From a virus (lineage: Duplodnaviria > Caudoviricetes): 58,588 nucleotides of DNA. Position 1 is the stretch's first letter. Each line of letters starts with the position of its first letter. Made by a program: the position numbers and the translations under genes. This document shows positions 18,977 through 28,271 of the stretch, piece after piece. Location of the stretch: the IMG/VR virus record IMGVR_UViG_3300046167_000685, positions 1 through 58,588 of that record. One strand, given 5' to 3'. A model generated the notes under the pieces. It saw only the letters and a program-made list of their open reading frames with translations, had not been told where the DNA came from and searched no databases.

Positions 18977-20106
18977 TGGCACTTAGTAAGATTGGCACTA
19001 ATCAGCTTGATTCTACGGCAACGCCAACCTTTGCTGAGTTGGATGTTGATAACGTCAAGGTAAACGGCAACACAATCAGCAGCACAGATACGAATGGCAA
19101 CATCACGCTCGACCCTGATGGCACGGGCGATACGGTTATTGCGTCGGGCAACGTGGGCATCGGCACATCTTCGCCAAACAACCTCCTGACCTTGCAAAGT
19201 AGCGGTTCGACAAAACTAAATCTACGACACACTGCTAGCGGCGATGATTACGGCTATATATTCCGCACTACTGGTGCAACCACCAATGACTTGATTGTGG
19301 AAAGCGAAGTCAATGGCACGGCAACAGAACGTATGCGTATCGACAGCAGCGGCCAAGTAATGATTGGCACAACCACGGCTGGTGGACAGTTTACAGTTAC
19401 GGAAGGCGATGCGACTACAATAATTGACCGTGTTGGCACGAATGTCGCTGGCATCAAGACAGGCAGTGGCGATGATTTCTGCGTCGGTACTGCTGACTAC
19501 ACACAAGCAATCAGGATTAAAAATTCTACTGGTCATGTGGGGATTGGTACAACAGACCCCAGTAGTGGTCACCTCTCTGTCGAGACAGCGCAAAATGAAA
19601 ATGCGGTGTTTGTTCATAACAATGCGTCTAGTATGACCACAAGTTCAGTTCAAGTCTCATCATCAAGAAATACAACGAACGGCACATACCGACATATTCA
19701 AGCCTCTATTCATGGCGTTGCTGACAAGTTTAGGGTTTACGATAGCGGCAACGTAGAAAATTCAAACAACAGCTACGCTGGTATTTCTGACCAACGCATG
19801 AAAGAAAACATTGTAGATGCTGCATCTCAGTGGGATGACATCAAGGCACTACAAGTTCGCAAGTTTAATTTTATAGGTAGTGAATTAACTCAGATTGGTG
19901 TGGTAGCCCAAGAATTAGAAGCTGTTGGTATGGACGGGTTAATTACTGAAACCGAATGGCTTGATGTTGCGGCTAATCCTGACAACGAAGTTCGTAAGTC
20001 AGTCAAATACAGTGTGTTGTACATGAAAGCTATCAAAGCCTTGCAGGAAGCAATGACCCGCATTGAAACCCTCGAAACCAAAGTCGCAGCGCTGGAGGCT
20101 GGCTAA
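18976..20106 (+). CDS. Tail fibre with intramolecular chaperone (peptidase S74) domain
   Basis: GNVGIGT repeats; SDQRMKENI autocleavage motif; GVVAQELE; C-terminal coiled coil. Confidence 0.8.
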   Translation: MALSKIGTNQLDSTATPTFAELDVDNVKVNGNTISSTDTNGNITLDPDGTGDTVIASGNVGIGTSSPNNLLTLQSSGSTKLNLRHTASGDDYGYIFRTTGATTNDLIVESEVNGTATERMRIDSSGQVMIGTTTAGGQFTVTEGDATTIIDRVGTNVAGIKTGSGDDFCVGTADYTQAIRIKNSTGHVGIGTTDPSSGHLSVETAQNENAVFVHNNASSMTTSSVQVSSSRNTTNGTYRHIQASIHGVADKFRVYDSGNVENSNNSYAGISDQRMKENIVDAASQWDDIKALQVRKFNFIGSELTQIGVVAQELEAVGMDGLITETEWLDVAANPDNEVRKSVKYSVLYMKAIKALQEAMTRIETLETKVAALEAG

Positions 20107-21281
20107 TGGCATATATTGGCAAAGCGCCCAACACAGCGATAGTAAACCAGACAACGAGCCAGTCGTTTAACGGCACTGGTTCTGCGACTGCGTTTACGCT
20201 GAACAGGTCCGTCAATGTAGGCGAAGACCTAGAGGTGTTTGTCAACAACGTTCAGCAGGAACCCGGTTCAGGCAAGGCGTACACCGCATCCGGTACGACA
20301 CTGACGTTCAGTGCAGCCCCAGCTTCAGGCACCGGCAACATCTATGTCATCTACCGTGGTGAGGCGACCATTAACCCGCGCCTTGAGCATGATGCTAACG
20401 CTGCGCTGGCAGCGACGACGGGTACGTTTAGTGGCGCGTTTACATCACCCGGCATCGACGACAACGCTGATGCAACCGCCATCACGATTGATAGCAGTGA
20501 AAATGTGCTGATAGATAAAACGTCTTCAAATTATCAGACTGTTGGTCACGAGTTGCGAAATGGCGGGAGAGCATTTCACACAGCAGATGGCAGCAAAACT
20601 CTAAGTTTAAATAGATTGAGCAGCGACGGCGGGATTTTAGATTTTTACAAAGACAACAGTGAGGTGGGCACCATTGGCACTTCTGGAAGTCAATCGTACA
20701 TTCACGGTGCTGGAACAGACACTGGCCTGTATTGGGGTTCAAATAATATATACCCGTATCGGTCAACAGGGCTTAACGATAACACTATTGATTTAGGACA
20801 ATCTAGCAAACGCTTCAAAGACCTATATCTTGGCGGCAACCTGTATCTTGGCGGCACCGGCAGTGCCAATGCGCTGGATGATTACGAAGAAGGCACGTTT
20901 ACGCCACATTTTCAGATGGGGCTTACATCACCCGGATATTCCGTCCAACAAGGCACCTATGTAAAAATTGGGTCATTAGTTGTTTGTTCTATTTATTTAC
21001 GAGCCAACAGCGGCACTGAGAACGGTGACCACATCTATGTAGGGGGGTTGCCATTCACAGTTATCACTGGCGGTAGCATTGACCACCAATACGGAGCCTT
21101 TTTTACCTACAATGGTGGGTTCTGGACTTCTGATGCTAATACGCAATGGTTGGCTCTTAAAAATCAAACAAATCTTGCATTTTACAAACAAGCTGATGGT
21201 GGAGCCATTCAAGGTACCACTTCAGGCGTGGCAACTAATCTCAACGCAGATTTGAGGCTCGTTGCTGTTTACAGGTCATAA
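20106..21281 (+). CDS. Tail fibre protein
   Basis: MAYIG N-domain; GIDDNADATAITIDS; ANALDDYEEGTFTP tip domain. Confidence 0.7.
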   Translation: MAYIGKAPNTAIVNQTTSQSFNGTGSATAFTLNRSVNVGEDLEVFVNNVQQEPGSGKAYTASGTTLTFSAAPASGTGNIYVIYRGEATINPRLEHDANAALAATTGTFSGAFTSPGIDDNADATAITIDSSENVLIDKTSSNYQTVGHELRNGGRAFHTADGSKTLSLNRLSSDGGILDFYKDNSEVGTIGTSGSQSYIHGAGTDTGLYWGSNNIYPYRSTGLNDNTIDLGQSSKRFKDLYLGGNLYLGGTGSANALDDYEEGTFTPHFQMGLTSPGYSVQQGTYVKIGSLVVCSIYLRANSGTENGDHIYVGGLPFTVITGGSIDHQYGAFFTYNGGFWTSDANTQWLALKNQTNLAFYKQADGGAIQGTTSGVATNLNADLRLVAVYRS

Positions 21282-21333
21282 TAATAACCCCACCGGAGGT
21301 GTGGGTCGGACAGTCCAAGCATAGGAGATAAAA

Positions 21334-21612
21334 ATGGCACTGACAGAAGAAACATTAGAAGACAAGATTGAAGTGGTAGGCGATTACAAAGCCGTGCAAG
21401 TACGCACTGCAACCGTTATCAAGAAAGATGGCGTTGAGATTAGTCGCAGCTTTCATCGACATGTGTTGCATCCCAGCACAAAGGCAAGCGGCTCGTGGGC
21501 CGACACAGACATCAGCGGCGAGAGTACTGAGGTGCAAGCTATCTGCAACGCCGTGTGGTCAGACGCTGTGAAGACAGCGTATCAGGCTGCTATGGACGCA
21601 CAAGAAGTATAA
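21334..21612 (+). CDS. Tail fibre-associated small protein
   Basis: DKIEVVG...VQVRTATVIKKDGVEISRSFHRHVL. Confidence 0.65.
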   Translation: MALTEETLEDKIEVVGDYKAVQVRTATVIKKDGVEISRSFHRHVLHPSTKASGSWADTDISGESTEVQAICNAVWSDAVKTAYQAAMDAQEV

Positions 21613-21622
21613 GGATTAGGCA

Positions 21623-22381
21623 ATGGGACTGAGTAAAATCGTAAGAGACAGTTTAAACACTGGCATTGATGATAACTCAGATGCCACCGCCATCACGATT
21701 GATTCGTCAGAAAATGTTCTTATTGGAGACGCTTCACCACAAGTTACAAGCAAGTTAACTGTTAGCGGAAATGGCAGCGCCGATACCGCAACATTTATGT
21801 ACGATGGAAGTGCTGGAACATATCTCGATATCAATACAAACACTGCCAATGGTATTATTTCTTTAGAAGCTAATGCCCGTAGCGGAAACTACCCACCTCT
21901 GACTTTCATTACAAGCGGCTCAGAACGACTACGCATCCAAGCTGGTGGCGGCATCTCCTTCAACGGCGACACGGCGGCTGCAAATGCGCTGGATGACTAT
22001 GAGGAGGGCGCGTTTACAGTAACTGTTGCTTCTGGTATTTCGGTTTCAAGCTATGACCATCAGATTGGGCATTATGTAAAAGTAGGAAGAATGGTCACTG
22101 CTTGGGTCTTTATGGAATACAACGGCAGCAGCCGCACTAGCAGTCATTTTATTATTAGCGGGTTGCCGTTTACATCATCTAATGACACCAGCAATGAAGC
22201 AACTATGGGGGGCTTTATTACATATCAGAATGGATTTTCTAACGCCTATAACATCATTCACGTTGCCAGAAATAACACCAAAGCCTTTTTCTATGAATTA
22301 GACGGCAGCGACTTAATAGGTAGTGAATTAAGTGGTGCATCTGGCGAAGTCAGATTTGTTGTTCAGTATACAGTAGCTTAA
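21623..22381 (+). CDS. Tail fibre protein (paralogue of 20106-21281 C-half)
   Basis: Shares GIDDNSDATAITIDSSENVLI and ANALDDYEEG. Confidence 0.7.
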   Translation: MGLSKIVRDSLNTGIDDNSDATAITIDSSENVLIGDASPQVTSKLTVSGNGSADTATFMYDGSAGTYLDINTNTANGIISLEANARSGNYPPLTFITSGSERLRIQAGGGISFNGDTAAANALDDYEEGAFTVTVASGISVSSYDHQIGHYVKVGRMVTAWVFMEYNGSSRTSSHFIISGLPFTSSNDTSNEATMGGFITYQNGFSNAYNIIHVARNNTKAFFYELDGSDLIGSELSGASGEVRFVVQYTVA

Positions 22382-22402
22382 CCCCACCAGAGGAGGGGCA
22401 TA

Positions 22403-23137
22403 ATGGCCTACATAGGCGTAGACCCAAATATAGGTGATATCACCTTTCAGACCTTTACCGGGACAGGTAGTGCGACGGCTTTCACGTTGGCGCAAAGCGT
22501 CGTGTCTGGTGAGGCTCTGCTTGTCACCATTGGTAACGTCGTGCAAGAGCCGGGAACCAGCAAGGCGTATACGGCGCAAGGCAACACCCTGACATTCTCT
22601 GCTGCCCCTGCTAACGGCGACGTAATCACTGTGCGCTTCTTTGGCCGCGCTGTAGACCAGCCGACCAGCTACGCGATGCAGCTATTTAAGTATGTGGCTA
22701 CGAACAACCAGACGGCATTTACGGGGGCAGATGCAAATGGTGCGATACTGGCTTTTAGTGGTGACGACGTTGATGTTTACCTTAACGGGGTGCATCTGGA
22801 CAGTTCAGACTTCACAGCAAGCAACGGCAACACAATCACACTTGGCACCGGGGCCGCGACTAATGATGAGTTGGTAATACGCGCCTATCGTGCTTTCACT
22901 GTTACTGATACAGTATCCAAAGCGTCTGGCGGCACGTTCAGCGGTGAGATTACCGCACCGTCCTTTCAGACAACGAACACCTTAGTGGACACGGCGGCGT
23001 TCCGCACCAACGACAAGACGGTCAGCGAGAACACCACCATAGCCGCCACCAAGAATGCCCTTGGCATCGGTCCTCTGACGATTGCTGATGGCGTAACAAT
23101 AACGGTTGCCAGCGGTGGCAGTCTGACAATCCTGTGA
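22403..23137 (+). CDS. Tail fibre/baseplate-like protein
   Basis: MAYIG N-domain paralogous to 20106; VDVYLNGV repeat. Confidence 0.65.
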   Translation: MAYIGVDPNIGDITFQTFTGTGSATAFTLAQSVVSGEALLVTIGNVVQEPGTSKAYTAQGNTLTFSAAPANGDVITVRFFGRAVDQPTSYAMQLFKYVATNNQTAFTGADANGAILAFSGDDVDVYLNGVHLDSSDFTASNGNTITLGTGAATNDELVIRAYRAFTVTDTVSKASGGTFSGEITAPSFQTTNTLVDTAAFRTNDKTVSENTTIAATKNALGIGPLTIADGVTITVASGGSLTIL

Positions 23138-23144
23138 GGCGCGT

Positions 23145-23651
23145 ATGGCTTCGATAATAAATGTAGACAAGGTACGGGCAACCGGCAGCACGACGGATGG
23201 GCTGGTTGTTGATTCTACAGGTCGTGTGACGCAACCTGCGTTACCTGCATGGAGTGCATATAATTCTACCGGGGCTTACATCAACACCAGTCCTATTGTT
23301 TTAAACTCAACGGAAGTCAATAGAGGTTCAATATACAATACCAGCACAGGTGTTGTGACCATTCCGGTAGCAGGCGTCTACTGTATCAACTGTTATCTTT
23401 ACGTAAGAGTTAACAATAGTGAAGACGGCACCCTTCGCTTACAAAAAAGCACAGATGGTGGTTCAAACTTCAGCAACGTGACATATGCGTATTGTTACAC
23501 AACAGGTGTGACGGAAATTCATGTGACAGTGACCTTGAGCCATCTTCTTGATTTGTCCGCCAACGACCAACTCCGTATAACTTTTGGCGGCTCTGGAGAT
23601 TATTACAGCGGTTCTCAAGAGAGCCGTTTCAGTGGATTTTTGTTGGGGTAA
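23145..23651 (+). CDS. C1q-like tail fibre tip protein
   Basis: YNTSTGVVTIPVAGVY...LSANDQL...FSGFLLG. Confidence 0.65.
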   Translation: MASIINVDKVRATGSTTDGLVVDSTGRVTQPALPAWSAYNSTGAYINTSPIVLNSTEVNRGSIYNTSTGVVTIPVAGVYCINCYLYVRVNNSEDGTLRLQKSTDGGSNFSNVTYAYCYTTGVTEIHVTVTLSHLLDLSANDQLRITFGGSGDYYSGSQESRFSGFLLG

Positions 23652-23654
23652 GCC

Positions 23655-24143
23655 ATGAGCACACTATTCGTAGACACCATCAACGAGAAGACCAGCGGCA
23701 ACGGAGTGGCTATTCCGGGTCATGTGATTCAAGTGAAATATCGTACAATACAAAACGCGGGCATTAGCACCACTAGTACATCTTTCACAGACTGCACGAA
23801 TATTTATGTGGATATCACGCCGAAATCATCTTCAAATCTTATAGTGTGGCAATGTACGCAAACCTTTAATTTGAACGATGAAAACGGATATGCCCGATTC
23901 CGTATCGTAGATTCCAATAACAGTGACGCTACTTGGAGTAGCAACACTTACATGGCTTCAGTCGCATACTACCAACCTACAACCACTTATATAGACTACC
24001 CGATGTTCCATATTAATACCGCAGGGTCTACTAGTGGAATGCGGCTACAGTTGCAGGTTTTAATTGAAAGCGGAGGCACTTTAACCAACAACTGGTCCAC
24101 TCTAGATGCCAGATCAATTATGGCGATGGAGATTGCCCAATGA
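23655..24143 (+). CDS. Tail fibre-like protein
   Basis: GHVIQV...ITPKSSS...MAMEIAQ. Confidence 0.6.
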   Translation: MSTLFVDTINEKTSGNGVAIPGHVIQVKYRTIQNAGISTTSTSFTDCTNIYVDITPKSSSNLIVWQCTQTFNLNDENGYARFRIVDSNNSDATWSSNTYMASVAYYQPTTTYIDYPMFHINTAGSTSGMRLQLQVLIESGGTLTNNWSTLDARSIMAMEIAQ

Positions 24144-24628
24144 GCAGCATACTGAAAGTCTCCGAAATCCAAGACCCGACAGGCAAGAAAATCTTGCAAA
24201 ACACTGGCAGCATCTTACAGGTTGTTAATCACAGCTATACAACAAATACTAGTACGACGGGTGGGTATGTAGATGCTGGGGGCAGTAGCTTCACTATCAC
24301 TCCCACGAGCGCCACTAATAAAATATTAATTATAGCCGATACATCTCTACAGTTTACAGGCGGTGGAGGTGAGCGGCCAAGTGGTGCCGCCGCTATAAAT
24401 TATAACGGTAGTATCGTCGACCCATACTCAAGCGACATAGACTTTTTACACTCAGTCGTTGACCAAACTTTTTACATTCGTCAATCAAGGCAAGTCTACG
24501 TTACGGCGGGTTCAACGTCAGCAGTTACAGTCAAAATGCAAATCAAGAAGTACAATGGAACTAACGCACAGGTAAACGGCGCTTCGGGCGCGACAAGCTA
24601 TGTGACCGCGATGGAAATTTCGGCTTAA
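24140..24628 (+). CDS. Tail fibre-like protein (paralogue of previous)
   Basis: GSILQVV...ITPTSATNKILI...TAMEISA. Confidence 0.6.
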   Translation: MSSILKVSEIQDPTGKKILQNTGSILQVVNHSYTTNTSTTGGYVDAGGSSFTITPTSATNKILIIADTSLQFTGGGGERPSGAAAINYNGSIVDPYSSDIDFLHSVVDQTFYIRQSRQVYVTAGSTSAVTVKMQIKKYNGTNAQVNGASGATSYVTAMEISA

Positions 24629-24639
24629 AGGAGCAACAG

Positions 24640-25029
24640 ATGGCAACAATAGCAGACGCAATCACAGCCCTCATCCCTGACGAACAGTGGGTGCTTCGTG
24701 GTGAGCCGACCACAGAGAACGAGTTCAACGCCATGTTCCGCCGGATAATCGGCGAGGACGACAATGGCAGCGCAGTCGAGTCCGACAACCCGCACAACTG
24801 GGGCGTATCGTGGACCACGGTATCTGCAAAGAAGGCCGAGCTTGATGCCGCCGAGCCTATGAAGCTGCTGCGCGAGGAGCGGAACCGCCGTATCGCCGAG
24901 ACAGACTGGTGGGCCTCTTCGGATCTGACCATGAGTGCGGAGCGCACGGCGTATCGTCAGACGCTGCGTGACATTACCGACAGCGCGACCAGCCTTGACG
25001 ATGTAACGTGGCCGACAAAACCGGAGTAA
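24640..25029 (+). CDS. Tail fibre assembly chaperone
   Basis: LREERNRRIAETDW...YRQTLRDIT...WPTKP. Confidence 0.75.
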   Translation: MATIADAITALIPDEQWVLRGEPTTENEFNAMFRRIIGEDDNGSAVESDNPHNWGVSWTTVSAKKAELDAAEPMKLLREERNRRIAETDWWASSDLTMSAERTAYRQTLRDITDSATSLDDVTWPTKPE

Positions 25030-25032
25030 GTG

Positions 25033-26130
25033 ATGAGTAGAGCGCGTGAATTTGCAGACCTTGCTGGTTCGGCTGATGCCGGTGGTATCACGGGCAAGAA
25101 TCTTGTCATCAACGGTTCGTTTGCTGTCTCGCAGAGGGCCACCTCAGTGACTGGTGTAACAGGAGATGGGTATCAGGCTGTTGACCGCTGGCGTACAAAC
25201 TCTGGCTCGTTAGGCACATTTACTTTATCCCAATCGACTGATGCCCCAGATGGATTTGCTACATCACATAAATATGACTGCACGACAGCAGATGCTTCCC
25301 CTGCTGCCGGTGACTTTCTGATATTTGAACAGCGTGTTGAAGCGCAAGACTTACAGCAACTTAAATATGGAACATCATCGCCGAATAAAGTTACCCTGTC
25401 TTTTTACGTTAAGTCTAACAAGACAGGTACCTACATTGCTGAATTAGCACTGCCTGATGCAAGCAACAATTCAAATAACCAGCAGTCCTACACAATCAAC
25501 TCTGCAAACACTTGGGAGCGTAAAACGCTTACATACGTTGGGAATACAACTGATGCCATAAACAATGACACTGGCGTAGGGATGAATGTTTTCTTTTGGC
25601 TGGGAGCCGGAAGCACATATTCTGGCGGAACTTTGACACAAAATACTTGGGCTAATACATCCGCAGCAAACCGTGCGGTGGGTCAGGTAAACATCGCAGA
25701 TAGCACCAGCAATGAATGGCTCATCACCGGAGTCCAGCTTGAGGTTGGCGAACAGGCCACGCCGTTTGATTACTCAGAAAGCTATGGCGAGACTTTGGCT
25801 AAATGTCAGAGGTATTATTTCAGAACGACAGGCAGCAGCACTGGATACGGAAATCTTGCTACCGTTAGCCGTATTGGCAACACCCTTTACAGGGGAGTTG
25901 TTGAGTTCCCTGTAACTATGCGGTCACGCCCCTCTTTCTCAAGTAGTGGCAGCTTTCAAACGCTAGATAGTGGATTTACTTTTTCGTCCATGAGTGGGGG
26001 TGATGGAGCAAGTTTTGATAGTCACGGCGTTCAAGTAACCATGACTTCAAATGGCTCTGCGGGTCAGTCTACGCTTTTGAGACAAGCTGCTGATGGTCAA
26101 GCTGCACTTATTTATGATGCGGAGTTGTAG
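25033..26130 (+). CDS. Tail fibre protein with carbohydrate-binding-like domain
   Basis: KNLVINGSFAVSQR...VTLSFYVKS...GVQLEVGEQATPF...CQRYY. Confidence 0.7.
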   Translation: MSRAREFADLAGSADAGGITGKNLVINGSFAVSQRATSVTGVTGDGYQAVDRWRTNSGSLGTFTLSQSTDAPDGFATSHKYDCTTADASPAAGDFLIFEQRVEAQDLQQLKYGTSSPNKVTLSFYVKSNKTGTYIAELALPDASNNSNNQQSYTINSANTWERKTLTYVGNTTDAINNDTGVGMNVFFWLGAGSTYSGGTLTQNTWANTSAANRAVGQVNIADSTSNEWLITGVQLEVGEQATPFDYSESYGETLAKCQRYYFRTTGSSTGYGNLATVSRIGNTLYRGVVEFPVTMRSRPSFSSSGSFQTLDSGFTFSSMSGGDGASFDSHGVQVTMTSNGSAGQSTLLRQAADGQAALIYDAEL

Positions 26131-26307
26131 ATGAATATTACATCAGCACAATATGTAACAGTTTTCGGCGGCAGTGATAACGCCTGCATCAAGGCGACTA
26201 TTGACGGCGTTGAAATGTGGGTTCCTATTGAGGCTGACAACCGCCACTACGACGAAATCATGCGACAGGTCGAGGCCGGTGACTTGACCATTGCGGACGC
26301 TGACTGA
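26131..26307 (+). CDS. Small tail-associated protein (58 aa, not in ORF track)
   Basis: MNITSAQY...VPIEADNRHYDEIMRQVEAGDLTIADAD; abuts both neighbours. Confidence 0.65.
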   Translation: MNITSAQYVTVFGGSDNACIKATIDGVEMWVPIEADNRHYDEIMRQVEAGDLTIADAD

Positions 26308-27020
26308 TGTTCGGCGAACTGGCACTATCTGAAAGGGCGATAGCCGCACAGGGCATTCTGTCTTTCGGCAGTTCCAGTATGATTGGCACCTTTAGCAAGG
26401 TGAGTGCCGCCGCCGGTCTGTTGACTGGCATCATGGAAGCATCTGCTAACTTTACCCAAGACACTGACGCGGTAATGATTGCCAGCGCAGATGTTGTGAA
26501 GTCATTCAACTTTACACAGACCACAACAGGGATACGGGTGCAGACCGGAGCAGCAAGCTCCATTTTTGACTTTACGCAAAGCGCCGCCGGGATATTCATT
26601 GGCTCTGGCGTGTCTACGCTTGATGCAAACTTTACGCAAAGTAGCGCGGGCATAACAGTTGTCAGCGGTATATCAGAGCAATCGTTTAACTTTACACAGG
26701 TCAGCACAGCAAGCCTGATCGCTCACGGCCTTATAAACATCAACACACAGTTTGATCAGACGACTGTCGGCATCAGAATTAGAACCGACAGCGCCACAAT
26801 GGACTTTGCGTTTGATCAGACGACGGCGGCTAACCTTATTCTTAGCGGCGCGGCGGAAATTATCGCTGTTTTTGTAATGACCACGGACGGCGGTCTGTTG
26901 TGGGAGCGTATAGATCCCGGCGGTTCGCCGAATTGGGCAGCAATCACACACAGCGGCGACTCGTGGACAGAAATCTCTACAGGTGGTACAACAGATACAT
27001 GGACAGAAACGGTGGTTTAA
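26307..27020 (+). CDS. Repetitive structural protein
   Basis: ~21-aa repeats containing F(N/D)FTQ/FDQ; Trp-spaced C-terminus. Confidence 0.6.
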   Translation: MFGELALSERAIAAQGILSFGSSSMIGTFSKVSAAAGLLTGIMEASANFTQDTDAVMIASADVVKSFNFTQTTTGIRVQTGAASSIFDFTQSAAGIFIGSGVSTLDANFTQSSAGITVVSGISEQSFNFTQVSTASLIAHGLININTQFDQTTVGIRIRTDSATMDFAFDQTTAANLILSGAAEIIAVFVMTTDGGLLWERIDPGGSPNWAAITHSGDSWTEISTGGTTDTWTETVV

Positions 27021-28271
27021 ATGGCTTCCACATATACAGTAAACAGTGGCATTGAAAAACCCGGCACCGGAGAACAGTCCGGTACTTGGGGTGCGACCAC
27101 AAATACAAACTTTGACATTATTGACCGTGTCCTTAACGGCGTCGGCACACTTACGCTGACAGGCACAACCACCACATTAAGCACGTCAGATGGTTCTTTG
27201 TCTGATGGGCATTATAGAGTTTTGGTTCTGGGGGGATCTCCTTCTGGCACCAACACAATAACCATTAGCCCGAATGATCAGAGTAAATTTTTTGCGGTGT
27301 ACAATGGCTCCGGGCAAAGTGCTGTGTTTACTCAAGGCAGTGGGGGTAACGCTACCATTGCAAACGGTGATTTTGGTTTAATTTATGCAAACGGCGCTGG
27401 CGCAGGTTCGGCAGTGACGTTGATGGCATTCCCAGTTACGTCAGGTCAGATTGCTGCGGACGCTGTAGCAACGGCCAAAATTGCAGATAGCGCAGTAACT
27501 TCCGCCAAGATAGCGGACGGCACAATAGTTGCCGGAGATATGGCAGATGATGCGGTAACCGCAGCAAAACTTGCTAGTGACGCAGTGGTGAACGCAAGTG
27601 TTGCTTCTGGAGCAGCAATCGCATTTAGCAAAATGGCAAATCTCACTACATCTCGTGCTTTGGTTTCAGACGGCAATGGAGATGTATCTGTAAGCGCTGT
27701 CACAAGCACAGAGATTGGTTACTTGGACGGCGTAACCAGCAACGTACAAACACAGATAAATAACATTGCTGGATATCCTCAAGTCATCACAGTCTTAACA
27801 TCCGGCTCCAGTTATTCAATTCCGTCTGGAGCGCAAGCGGTGTTAATCAGAGCGTCTGGTGGAGGTGGCTCTGGCGGTTCTTCTCAGTTTAGTGGAAATT
27901 ATACAACCAATGGTAATGTGGGCGGCGATACTACAGTAAGTAATAGCACCCTTAGTATTTCAATCACTGCAAAAGGCGGCGCATCGGGTAGAGGCTCTAC
28001 TGGTGGGACCGCCTCAGTCCAGACAGGCGATTCTGGAGGGGATGTCCAATCCGCCGCTGGCGCAGCGGGTGGCGCACCGGGGATGAACAACTTTGATATT
28101 TCATGTTCCTTCGGCGGCAACGGAAACCTAGTAACAAAATATGTAACAGGATCAAATGTAGGTGGAGAAACTTTAACACTTTCTATCGGCGGGGGCGGTT
28201 CTGGCGCAACGGCAGGAAGTACAACTAGTGCGCCGGGTCAAACAGGTTTCGTTGAAATTTGGGTGTGGTAA
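27021..28271 (+). CDS. Tail fibre protein with glycine-rich C-terminus
   Basis: GEQSGTWGATTNTN; AVTxAK(I/L)A repeats; GGGGSGG domain. Confidence 0.7.
   Translation: MASTYTVNSGIEKPGTGEQSGTWGATTNTNFDIIDRVLNGVGTLTLTGTTTTLSTSDGSLSDGHYRVLVLGGSPSGTNTITISPNDQSKFFAVYNGSGQSAVFTQGSGGNATIANGDFGLIYANGAGAGSAVTLMAFPVTSGQIAADAVATAKIADSAVTSAKIADGTIVAGDMADDAVTAAKLASDAVVNASVASGAAIAFSKMANLTTSRALVSDGNGDVSVSAVTSTEIGYLDGVTSNVQTQINNIAGYPQVITVLTSGSSYSIPSGAQAVLIRASGGGGSGGSSQFSGNYTTNGNVGGDTTVSNSTLSISITAKGGASGRGSTGGTASVQTGDSGGDVQSAAGAAGGAPGMNNFDISCSFGGNGNLVTKYVTGSNVGGETLTLSIGGGGSGATAGSTTSAPGQTGFVEIWVW

Noticed and set aside
18976-28271. Diversity-generating retroelement or invertible tail cassette
   Set aside because: No reverse transcriptase or recombinase recognised, no adenine-specific TR/VR pair, all genes on one strand
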